Of a DNA stretch of 64,000 nt, positions 47,417-54,910 are shown piece by piece. The translations under genes were made by a program, and so were the position numbers. The notes below the pieces were generated by a model. The model saw nothing but the letters and a program-made list of their open reading frames with translations. It was not told where the DNA came from and did not search any database. Position 1 is the first letter of the stretch. Each line of letters starts with the position of its first letter. The DNA is from Acidobacteriota bacterium. Lineage in GTDB: Bacteria; Acidobacteriota; Thermoanaerobaculia; Gp7-AA8. The stretch covers positions 320,001 through 384,000 of the forward strand of contig JAFATB010000022.1 of the NCBI GenBank assembly GCA_019244185.1, given 5' to 3'.

Positions 47417-48681
47417 TGCGACGTGAGGCACTGGCATCCACCGTCGAGAACGTGCGCTTCGCGCGCATCGCCCTCGCCGCGCACAAACTGCGCTCGTCGC
47501 TGACCGTGCTCGGCATCGTCATCGGCGTGACCACCGTCATCGCGATGGTGTCGATCATCGAAGGCTTCAACAACAACGTCGTGAAGAATTTCCAGTCGTT
47601 CGGCGCGACGCTCGTGCAGTTCCAGAAATACGACCCGCGCTTCGTCAACCCCTCGCGCGACGAGTCGCAGCGGCTGCGCAAGAACCTCACGTACGAAGAC
47701 GCGCTCGCGCTCAAGCGCCTCTGCCCGTCGATGCTCGCGGTCTCGGCCGAGCGCTACATCTGGTCCGGCGAGGAGACCTCGATCGACATCGGCTACGGCG
47801 GCGAGGTGGCCACGCCCGACGGCCTGATCGGGACGACGCAGGACTATCCGATCGCGAACAACCACTTCGTCGGCGAGGGGCGCTTTTTCGGCGAGGCGGA
47901 CGTGCGCCGCTCCGGCGCGGTGCTGGTGCTCGGACGCGGGCTCGCGGACACGCTCTTTCCGCGCACCGATCCCCTCGGCAAAGTGGTCAGCATCTACGGC
48001 CGCAAATACCTCGTCATCGGCGTGATGGAGAAGCAGGGCGCGACGATGTTCGAGTCCACCGACTCGCACGCGTACATCCCGCTGACGACGTTCGACAACC
48101 ACTTCCCGTGGGTGAAGCGCGACCGCGGCGTGAACATCGCCACCGTGCCGCGCAAGCCGGAGTGGGTCGACCGCGTCATCGACGAAGGCACCGCGGTGCT
48201 GCGCGCGCGCCGCCGCGTGCCGTTCAACAAGCCGAACGACTTCGGGATCATGACGCCCGACAAGCTGATCGGAAACTTCCGCGCGATCACCGGCGGCATC
48301 ACGCTGGCCATGATCTTCATCTCGTCGATCGCGCTGCTCGTCGGCGGCGTCGGCGTGATGAACATCATGCTGGTCTCGGTGACCGAGCGCACGCGCGAGA
48401 TCGGCCTGCGCAAAGCGATCGGCGCCGTGCGCCGCGACATCGTGCAGCAGTTTCTCACCGAGGCGATGACGCTGTCGGGCGTGGGCGGCGTGATCGGGAT
48501 CCTGCTCGGACTGGCCATCGCCGCGATCGTGCGCGCGATCAGTCCGTTGCCGACGACGACGCCGGTGTGGTCGATCGTGGTCGGCCTCGTGGTGTCGATC
48601 TCGATCGGGCTGTTCTTCGGGATTTATCCCGCGTACAAGGCCGCGCGGCTCGATCCGGTCGACGCGTTGCGCTACGAATAG
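47413..48681 (+). CDS. MacB/FtsX-like ABC transporter permease
   Basis: KLRSSLTVLGIVIGV, GGVGVMNIMLVSVTERTREIGLRKAIGA, DPVDALRYE. Confidence 0.92.
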   Translation: MMRREALASTVENVRFARIALAAHKLRSSLTVLGIVIGVTTVIAMVSIIEGFNNNVVKNFQSFGATLVQFQKYDPRFVNPSRDESQRLRKNLTYEDALALKRLCPSMLAVSAERYIWSGEETSIDIGYGGEVATPDGLIGTTQDYPIANNHFVGEGRFFGEADVRRSGAVLVLGRGLADTLFPRTDPLGKVVSIYGRKYLVIGVMEKQGATMFESTDSHAYIPLTTFDNHFPWVKRDRGVNIATVPRKPEWVDRVIDEGTAVLRARRRVPFNKPNDFGIMTPDKLIGNFRAITGGITLAMIFISSIALLVGGVGVMNIMLVSVTERTREIGLRKAIGAVRRDIVQQFLTEAMTLSGVGGVIGILLGLAIAAIVRAISPLPTTTPVWSIVVGLVVSISIGLFFGIYPAYKAARLDPVDALRYE

Positions 48682-48694
48682 CCGGGCCCGGTCG

Positions 48695-48700
48695 TATAAT
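48695..48700 (+). promoter_or_regulatory. -10 box, probable leaderless promoter of the GNAT-aminotransferase operon
   Basis: Perfect TATAAT 7 nt before ATG 48708, no Shine-Dalgarno sequence. Confidence 0.6.
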
Positions 48701-48707
48701 CTCCTTC

Positions 48708-50273
48708 ATGCCACAATTCCGGTTCAAGATCGCGAGCGATCCTCGCGAGCTGGAGCAGATTCATGCGCTGAATTACCGCACGTTCGTCGAGGAGATCCCG
48801 CAGCATTCGCCGAACTCCGACGGACGACTCGTCGATCGCTTCCACGACGAGAACGTGTACGCGATCTCGCTGAGCGGCGAGCGCGTCGTGGGCATGCTCG
48901 CCATCCGCGAGCAGCGCCCGTTCTCGCTCGATCAGAAGCTCGGCAACATCGATGACTTTCTGCCCGCCGTCCGCAAGCCGTGCGAGGTGCGGCTGCTCGC
49001 GGTGGAGAAGGAACATCGCACCGGGCCGGTGCTGCCGGGGCTTCTGTCGGTGCTCTGGGAGCACGCGCACGCGCGGCAGTTCGACTGCGCGGTGATCTCG
49101 GCGACGACGCGCCAGCTGAAGCTCTACGGCCACCTCGGGTTCGTCCCGTTCGGACAGCTCGTCGGCACGGAGGAGGCGGCGTTCCAGCCGATGTACATCA
49201 CGCGCGAGCGGTTCCTGGAGAACGCGCGTGCGCTGCAGCTCGCGCCGGCGGCGCGCGAGGCGACGGTCAACCTGTTGACCGGTCCGGTGGCGTTGCACGC
49301 GGACGTCGCCGCGGCGCTGCGCCGCGCGCCGGAAGGACATCGCTCGCAGGCGTTCCTCGCGGACATGGACGCGCTGCGCACCAGCCTCCGCGCGCTGACG
49401 CGCGCGCCGCACGTGGCCGTGCTCCTCGGTAGCGGCACGCTCGCGAACGACGTCGTCGCCGCGCAGCTCTCGCGGCTCGACACGCGCGGCCTCGTCGTCA
49501 GCAACGGCGAGTTCGGCGAGCGGCTCGCGGATCAGGCGCGCCGGGCGCGGCTCGACTGCGAGCACCTGCGCTTCGACTGGAGCGTGCCGCTCGATCTCGA
49601 CGCCATCGCGAAACGCGACTTCGACTGGCTGTGGATGACGGCCTGCGAGACGTCGACGGCGATGCTGAACGATGTCGCCGCGCTCGGCGCCCTGTGCCGC
49701 GCGCGCGGCGCGAAGCTCTGCCTCGACGCGGTCAGCGCGATCGGCGCGGTGCCGCTCGATCTCTCGCATGTCTATCTCGCCAGCGGCACGAGCGGCAAAG
49801 CGTTCGCGTCCGCGCCCGGACTCGCGCTCGTCTTCCACGACCACGACGTCGAGCCGGCGCAGGAGCTCCCGCGCTATCTCGACCTCGGGCTCTATGTCCG
49901 CGAAGACAGCGTGCCGTTCACGCATTCGTCGAATCTCGTGCGCGCGCTGCGCGTCGCCGTCGAGCGCGTCGACTGGCCGCGTCGTTACGCGGAGCTCGCG
50001 TCGATGGGCCGCTGGCTGCGCTCGCGGGTCGCGGCAAGCGGCTGGAGGGTTCTCGGTAAGGACGCCGCCGCCGCGCCGCACGTCGTCACGCTCGCGCTGC
50101 CGCCGGAGGTCGACGCCGCGCGGTTCGCGCGCGTGCTCGAGGCGCGCGGCTTTCTCATCGGCCACGCCAGCGGCTATCTCCGCGCGCGCAACTGGATCCA
50201 GCTCGCGTGGATGGGGGAGGTCACGCGCGACGACCTGCAACGCGCGCTGCGCGAGCTCCGGCGCGTGTCATGA
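48708..50273 (+). CDS. GNAT N-acyltransferase / PLP-dependent class-V aminotransferase fusion
   Basis: N-terminal LNYRTFVEEIPQH..CEVRLLAVEKEHR GNAT; C-terminal LTGPV, GSGTLAND, NGEFGER, CETST, DAVS, SGK (PLP Lys). Confidence 0.85.
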   Translation: MPQFRFKIASDPRELEQIHALNYRTFVEEIPQHSPNSDGRLVDRFHDENVYAISLSGERVVGMLAIREQRPFSLDQKLGNIDDFLPAVRKPCEVRLLAVEKEHRTGPVLPGLLSVLWEHAHARQFDCAVISATTRQLKLYGHLGFVPFGQLVGTEEAAFQPMYITRERFLENARALQLAPAAREATVNLLTGPVALHADVAAALRRAPEGHRSQAFLADMDALRTSLRALTRAPHVAVLLGSGTLANDVVAAQLSRLDTRGLVVSNGEFGERLADQARRARLDCEHLRFDWSVPLDLDAIAKRDFDWLWMTACETSTAMLNDVAALGALCRARGAKLCLDAVSAIGAVPLDLSHVYLASGTSGKAFASAPGLALVFHDHDVEPAQELPRYLDLGLYVREDSVPFTHSSNLVRALRVAVERVDWPRRYAELASMGRWLRSRVAASGWRVLGKDAAAAPHVVTLALPPEVDAARFARVLEARGFLIGHASGYLRARNWIQLAWMGEVTRDDLQRALRELRRVS

Positions 50274-51091
50274 GCGCCGCGCTTCTGCGCAGTCGCCACG
50301 CGGCGTGGCTCACGCACGGCAGCGCCGCCGTGATGACCGTCGCGCTCTTCGCGCTGCTGCTGCGCGTGCCGTTCGCGTACGCGTTCGTGCCGGCGGTGCT
50401 CCTGACGCACCGCATCGGCGTGATGATGCACGAGTACATCCACGGCATCCCGTTCCGCCGCTACGCGAACTGCCTGCGCGTGCTGGCGTTCTTCGACGGC
50501 GTCATGCTGATGTTCGGCCTGCTCGAGCTCTTCCGCGCCACGCATCTCTCGCATCACCGCTGGCTCAACGGCGAAGGCGACTCGGCCTTCGACAACGCGC
50601 GCGTGAAGCGCCATCCGAACCGCGTGCTCGGCGCGCTGCTCGCGCTCGAGGTCACGCAGCATCTGAAGTTCTACTGGGAAGCGCTGCACGGCAAGCATCC
50701 CTTCGCGCGCCCGCGCCGCATCGCGTTCTGCTTCGCCTGGAGCTGCTGCTGCATCGCCGCGTGGTGTCTCATCGGACGCGCGGATATCGTCTGGAAGCTG
50801 CTGTTGCTGACCGCGTTCACGACCAGCGTGCCGGTCTCGCTGCGCGGTGCCGTCGAGCATCACGCCGAGCCGGGACACGACGGATTCGCGAACGAGTACC
50901 GCACGCTCATCCCGCTCTTCAACCTCAACCGCCACATCCACCATCACGAGCAGCCGGCGCTGCCGTGGTACCTGCTCGAGTTCCGCACGCCGGAGCCGCT
51001 GCATCCGAGGCACTACTACACGTATTGGTTCCGGACGTATGTGCGCAAGGAGCTCGTGCTGATGCAGCCGATGCAACGCGCGCGGAGGTAG
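50270..51091 (+). CDS. Membrane fatty acid desaturase family protein
   Basis: Three His boxes HEYIH, HLSHH, HIHHH; ATGA overlap with upstream gene. Confidence 0.88.
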   Translation: MSAALLRSRHAAWLTHGSAAVMTVALFALLLRVPFAYAFVPAVLLTHRIGVMMHEYIHGIPFRRYANCLRVLAFFDGVMLMFGLLELFRATHLSHHRWLNGEGDSAFDNARVKRHPNRVLGALLALEVTQHLKFYWEALHGKHPFARPRRIAFCFAWSCCCIAAWCLIGRADIVWKLLLLTAFTTSVPVSLRGAVEHHAEPGHDGFANEYRTLIPLFNLNRHIHHHEQPALPWYLLEFRTPEPLHPRHYYTYWFRTYVRKELVLMQPMQRARR

Positions 51092-51121
51092 GGAAACGGC
51101 GCGAATCCCACTCTCCTCAGC

Positions 51122-52342
51122 ATGGGACTCGCGCTCGCCGTCGACGCGCCGCCGCCATCCACCGTGCCGGTGGAGGTGGCGGGATACTTCATCGATACCA
51201 CCAGCGGCTCGCCGCTCCACCGCATCACGCACTTTCAGACGGGGCAGACGTTCGTGCTCGTCCGCGCGTACCTCATCGCCGTCGCTGTGACGTACGTGCC
51301 GCTCGCGCTCGCGGCGCTGCTCGGCCCCGCGCCGATCGGCGCGCCGAGTGCCAGCGTGCGCCTGCCGTTTCTCTACGACTGGAACATCATCTTCACGTTC
51401 CTCGTGTCGTTCCCGGCGGTGATCGTCTACACGATCTCCGATCACGCCGCGCTGTCGGCGGCGCTCTCGAGCATCCAGCAGGACGGCATCCTGATCGTGC
51501 CTGAGGCGGAGGCGCGGAAGCTCAGCCGCGTGTGGGGGCCGCGCTTCCGGCGCATCAACCAGCTCTCGCTCGTCGCCGGCGCGCTGGTCGGCCTCGCGCT
51601 GATCGTCGGCAACATCCACGCGTACAGCCAGCCCGGCGTCGGCTTCTGGGTCGACTTCAGCGACCGCCGCCCCGGCGCGCTGCTCGTCGGCTGCGCGTTC
51701 CTCTACTGCATCGTGACGGTCTACTTCTCGATGATCGTCTTCGTCTTCCGCAGCATCGCCATCGCGTTCTTCCTCAACGACGTCGTCGACGACGCGCAGC
51801 TGCGCATGGTGCCGTTCCATCCCGATCACTGCGGCGGCCTGCGCCCGGTCGGCCGCTTCGGACTGCGCAACCAGTACGTCCTCAGCATCCTCGGCTTCAA
51901 CGTGGTGCTGCTCCTCGGCGTGACGGTCAGCTACTTGACCATTCCGTCGTCGCTCTTCGCGCTCATCACCGGCGCCGCGCTGGCGTACCTGATCCTCGGC
52001 CCGCTCGTCTTCATGGGGCCGCTGCTGTCGTTCCGCACCGGCATGGTGCGCACGAAGGGCGAGCTGATGGGGGAGATCGCACAGCGCCTCCGCCGCGAGC
52101 TGCAGCGCCTGCGCAAGGAGCTGCCGTCCGGCGAGATCACGCGCGACGACGAGGAGCTCATCGACCGCCTGCGCAAGGTGGGCGGGGTGATCGACGAGCT
52201 GCCGGTCTGGCCGTTCGATGCGAACACGCTGCGCCGCTTTCTCACCGCGTACGTCACGCCGCTTCTCGGCGCGCTCGCCGTGCCGCTGCTCGACAAAGCT
52301 TGGGACGTCGTGCTGTCCGTCGTGAAGATCAGCGCCTCGTGA
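51122..52342 (+). CDS. Uncharacterised polytopic membrane protein
   Basis: About 7 TM helices, PFHPDHCGGLRPVG and LPVWPFD motifs. Confidence 0.7.
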   Translation: MGLALAVDAPPPSTVPVEVAGYFIDTTSGSPLHRITHFQTGQTFVLVRAYLIAVAVTYVPLALAALLGPAPIGAPSASVRLPFLYDWNIIFTFLVSFPAVIVYTISDHAALSAALSSIQQDGILIVPEAEARKLSRVWGPRFRRINQLSLVAGALVGLALIVGNIHAYSQPGVGFWVDFSDRRPGALLVGCAFLYCIVTVYFSMIVFVFRSIAIAFFLNDVVDDAQLRMVPFHPDHCGGLRPVGRFGLRNQYVLSILGFNVVLLLGVTVSYLTIPSSLFALITGAALAYLILGPLVFMGPLLSFRTGMVRTKGELMGEIAQRLRRELQRLRKELPSGEITRDDEELIDRLRKVGGVIDELPVWPFDANTLRRFLTAYVTPLLGALAVPLLDKAWDVVLSVVKISAS

Positions 52343-53999
52343 ACGCGACGCCTCCAACAGTGACGCTGTTGCCCGCGAACGTCAACGGCAGTGCGGCGTG
52401 CGCGCCGAAGTCGTAAGCCGTCAGCGTTCCGTCGGACGTGGCGGCGAAGACGCGCGCGAGCGGCGGCGCCTCGCCGGGCGAGCTGCCCACGAGACGTCCT
52501 TCGCCTTTGTCGCGCCAGAGAAACGACATGCCGTTCGCGCCGCGCTCCCACTGATAGGCGACGAACACGCGCGCGGCGCCGCGCCTCATCGGCAACGCGC
52601 CGCGGACGTCGAACGCGCGCAACGCGCCGTACTTGCCCGTCAGCGTCGTCCATTCGGTGATGTAGTCGGGAACGTATTCGGCGCCGTCGCCGTACAGGGC
52701 GGCGGTGTACGCGTCTTTCGCGTTGCCCGCGCGCAAACCCTCGAGCAGCGCGTTCGTCTTCGCGACCGCTTTCGCGAGCGACGCCGCGTCGGCACTCGCG
52801 TTCCACAACGCGATCGCCGCGTTCGGATCCAGCGCGTCAGCGACCAGCTGCCGTCCGACGCGATGGAACTGCAGCCGCGCGCCATTCGCCGCGGTGTAGA
52901 TGCCGTCGCGCGGAGCGGCGCCGGCATCGCGGACGTCCGGCAGCGGCTCGAGTTTCGCGGGTGCGCCCGCGAGCGCCGTGATCGCGTCCTGCACGCCCCA
53001 GCGCAGCCAGATGCCGTTGAGCTCCGTGCGGTTGCTCGTGAGGATGATCGCGATCTTTTCCTTCGGGTAGTAGCGCATCGTGCAGCTGAAGCCCGGCTCC
53101 GTGTCGCCGCCGTGCTCGAGCAGCGTGTCGCCGACGAACCACGCGTAGCCGTACGAGTCGTCACCCTTCGGCATCTTCACGTGGCGCGCGGTCATCTTGG
53201 CGAACTGCGCGGGCGGAATGACGCGCCCTTCGCGCAAGGCGCGCGCGAACGTCGCCAGATCTTCGGCGGTCGAGAAGACGCTGCCCGCGCCCCACGTGCG
53301 CGGGTTGTCCGGCCACGACGCGACGGAGCCCTGCGGTGCGAAGCCGCGATACGCGGTCGCCGCGTCGCGAAAGCGCGCGGAGTCGACGCCGTACACGCCG
53401 CTGTGCTTCATGCGCAGTGGATCGAAGATCGCTTTGTGCAGATATGCCGCGTACGACATGCCGGATGCGCGCTCGATGATCGCGGCGAGCAGGTTGTAGC
53501 CCGCGTTCGCGTAGCGCCACGTGCCGGGCGTCTTGCGCGGCTGCGCGAGGATCTTTGCGATGAGCGCGCGATGCTCGATCGGCGCGAAGTCGTCGACGAC
53601 GTCGCCCGGTGGCAAGCCGGACGTGTGCGTCAGCAGCTGATGGATGGTGATGTCGCGCCGGTCGTCGGGCACGTTGTCGATGTAGCGGTCGATCGTATCG
53701 GTGACGTGCAGCTTGCCGTCCGCCTCGAGGCGCAGGATCGCCGCGGCGGTGAACTGCTTCGATTCCGAGGCGATGTTGAAGATCGTGTTGCGCGTGACAC
53801 GTGCGGCGCGCGCGCGGTCGGCGAAGCCGTATGCGCCGTCGTGAATGACGACGCCATCGCGCTCGACGACGACCTGTCCGTCGAAGCCGAGCGCCTCGGC
53901 GCGCGCGAGGTAATCGGCGATGGCGCGATGCGAGGGAGCGGCGACGGCGATGACGGCGGTGAGGAGAGAGCAGAGCAGCACAACGATTCGACGAAACAT
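52329..53999 (-). CDS. Beta-lactamase-family (class C-like) serine hydrolase
   Basis: Signal peptide, SxxK (ASESK), LLTHTSG, YAN, HGG, C-terminal extension. Confidence 0.9.
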   Translation of the reverse strand: MFRRIVVLLCSLLTAVIAVAAPSHRAIADYLARAEALGFDGQVVVERDGVVIHDGAYGFADRARAARVTRNTIFNIASESKQFTAAAILRLEADGKLHVTDTIDRYIDNVPDDRRDITIHQLLTHTSGLPPGDVVDDFAPIEHRALIAKILAQPRKTPGTWRYANAGYNLLAAIIERASGMSYAAYLHKAIFDPLRMKHSGVYGVDSARFRDAATAYRGFAPQGSVASWPDNPRTWGAGSVFSTAEDLATFARALREGRVIPPAQFAKMTARHVKMPKGDDSYGYAWFVGDTLLEHGGDTEPGFSCTMRYYPKEKIAIILTSNRTELNGIWLRWGVQDAITALAGAPAKLEPLPDVRDAGAAPRDGIYTAANGARLQFHRVGRQLVADALDPNAAIALWNASADAASLAKAVAKTNALLEGLRAGNAKDAYTAALYGDGAEYVPDYITEWTTLTGKYGALRAFDVRGALPMRRGAARVFVAYQWERGANGMSFLWRDKGEGRLVGSSPGEAPPLARVFAATSDGTLTAYDFGAHAALPLTFAGNSVTVGGVAFTRR

Positions 54000-54028
54000 T
54001 TCGTAGGCGATACTACGAAATGTTTCGT
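53991..54028. promoter_or_regulatory. Double palindromic operator overlapping serine hydrolase start
   Basis: ACGAAACATTTCGTAG-GCGATA-CTACGAAATGTTTCGT: perfect 16-bp inverted repeat, each arm containing its own palindrome. Confidence 0.7.
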
Positions 54029-54065
54029 GGAAAGTCGACGCCGCGCTTCGCGTAGGCTCTGCGCC

Positions 54066-54734
54066 GTGAAACGGTTGCATGACGACGAGGTGCATCTGCA
54101 CCTGGCGGCGGTGACAGCGCCGCGCGGCTTCGAGGCGTTGCTCGCCGGCGCGCGCGCGCATCTCAGCGAGGCCGAAGTCGCGGCGGCGCTGCGGTTCCGC
54201 TTCGAGCGCCATCGCATCCTCTACGCGTTCGCCCATTCGTTCCTGCGCGTGACGCTCGCGTCGTATCTCGACGTCGCGCCGGCGTCGCTCGCGTTCGAGC
54301 AGCTCGAGCACGGGCGGCCCGAGCTCGCCGACCGCGCGCTGCGCTTCAACCTCTCGCATACGGAAGGCATGGTGATGGTCGGCGTGACGCCGCGCGCGGA
54401 CATCGGCGTCGATGTCGAGCGCATCGACGCCGAGCGTGCGGACGAAGCGCTCGCGCGGCGCGTCTTCACGCCGGACGAGCTACGCGATTGGCGGGGCGAT
54501 GCGGAGTGGTTCTTCGACCACTGGACGCTCAAGGAGTCCTACATGAAAGCCCGCGGCGTCGGCCTCTCCCTCGGCCTGCAGTCGTTCGGCTTCGACGGTA
54601 CGCAACTCGTCTGCGAGCCGTCCTTCGATGCGCCCGCGCGCTGGCAGTTCCTCTCCCTCGCCGCATCGCCGTCGCACCGCGCCGCGGCGTGCGTGGCGTC
54701 CGCCGGGCCGGTGCGCTGGCGGCTCTTCAGTTAA
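54066..54734 (+). CDS. Sfp-type 4'-phosphopantetheinyl transferase
   Basis: HGRP, FNLSHT, IGVDVE, WTLKESYMKARGVGL. Confidence 0.92.
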   Translation: MKRLHDDEVHLHLAAVTAPRGFEALLAGARAHLSEAEVAAALRFRFERHRILYAFAHSFLRVTLASYLDVAPASLAFEQLEHGRPELADRALRFNLSHTEGMVMVGVTPRADIGVDVERIDAERADEALARRVFTPDELRDWRGDAEWFFDHWTLKESYMKARGVGLSLGLQSFGFDGTQLVCEPSFDAPARWQFLSLAASPSHRAAACVASAGPVRWRLFS

Positions 54735-54850
54735 CGGCGTTAGCGTCCGAAGTTAACGCTGTTCACCAAGCCGTTGCGGTTTCCGGGAAACCTCTCCGCG
54801 CTTTCGCGATTGAAGGCGGCTACGGCGGTGAAGTTAACAGTGTTGACTTC
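54729..54850. promoter_or_regulatory. Repeated AGTTAACnnnGTT boxes upstream of TonB-dependent receptor
   Basis: Three copies at 54729, 54751 and 54832; the third lies in near-palindrome GAAGTTAACAGTGTTGACTTC. Confidence 0.5.
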
Positions 54851-54910
54851 GCCGGCCGGTGCTGCATCGCTCTTTCCCGCCCGCATTTGCCCATCGATGG
54901 AGGAGAGTCC

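Noticed and set aside
54735-54910. Cobalamin or TPP riboswitch ahead of the TonB receptor
   Set aside because: Conserved B12-box and TPP core sequences not found, although a GGGAA is present
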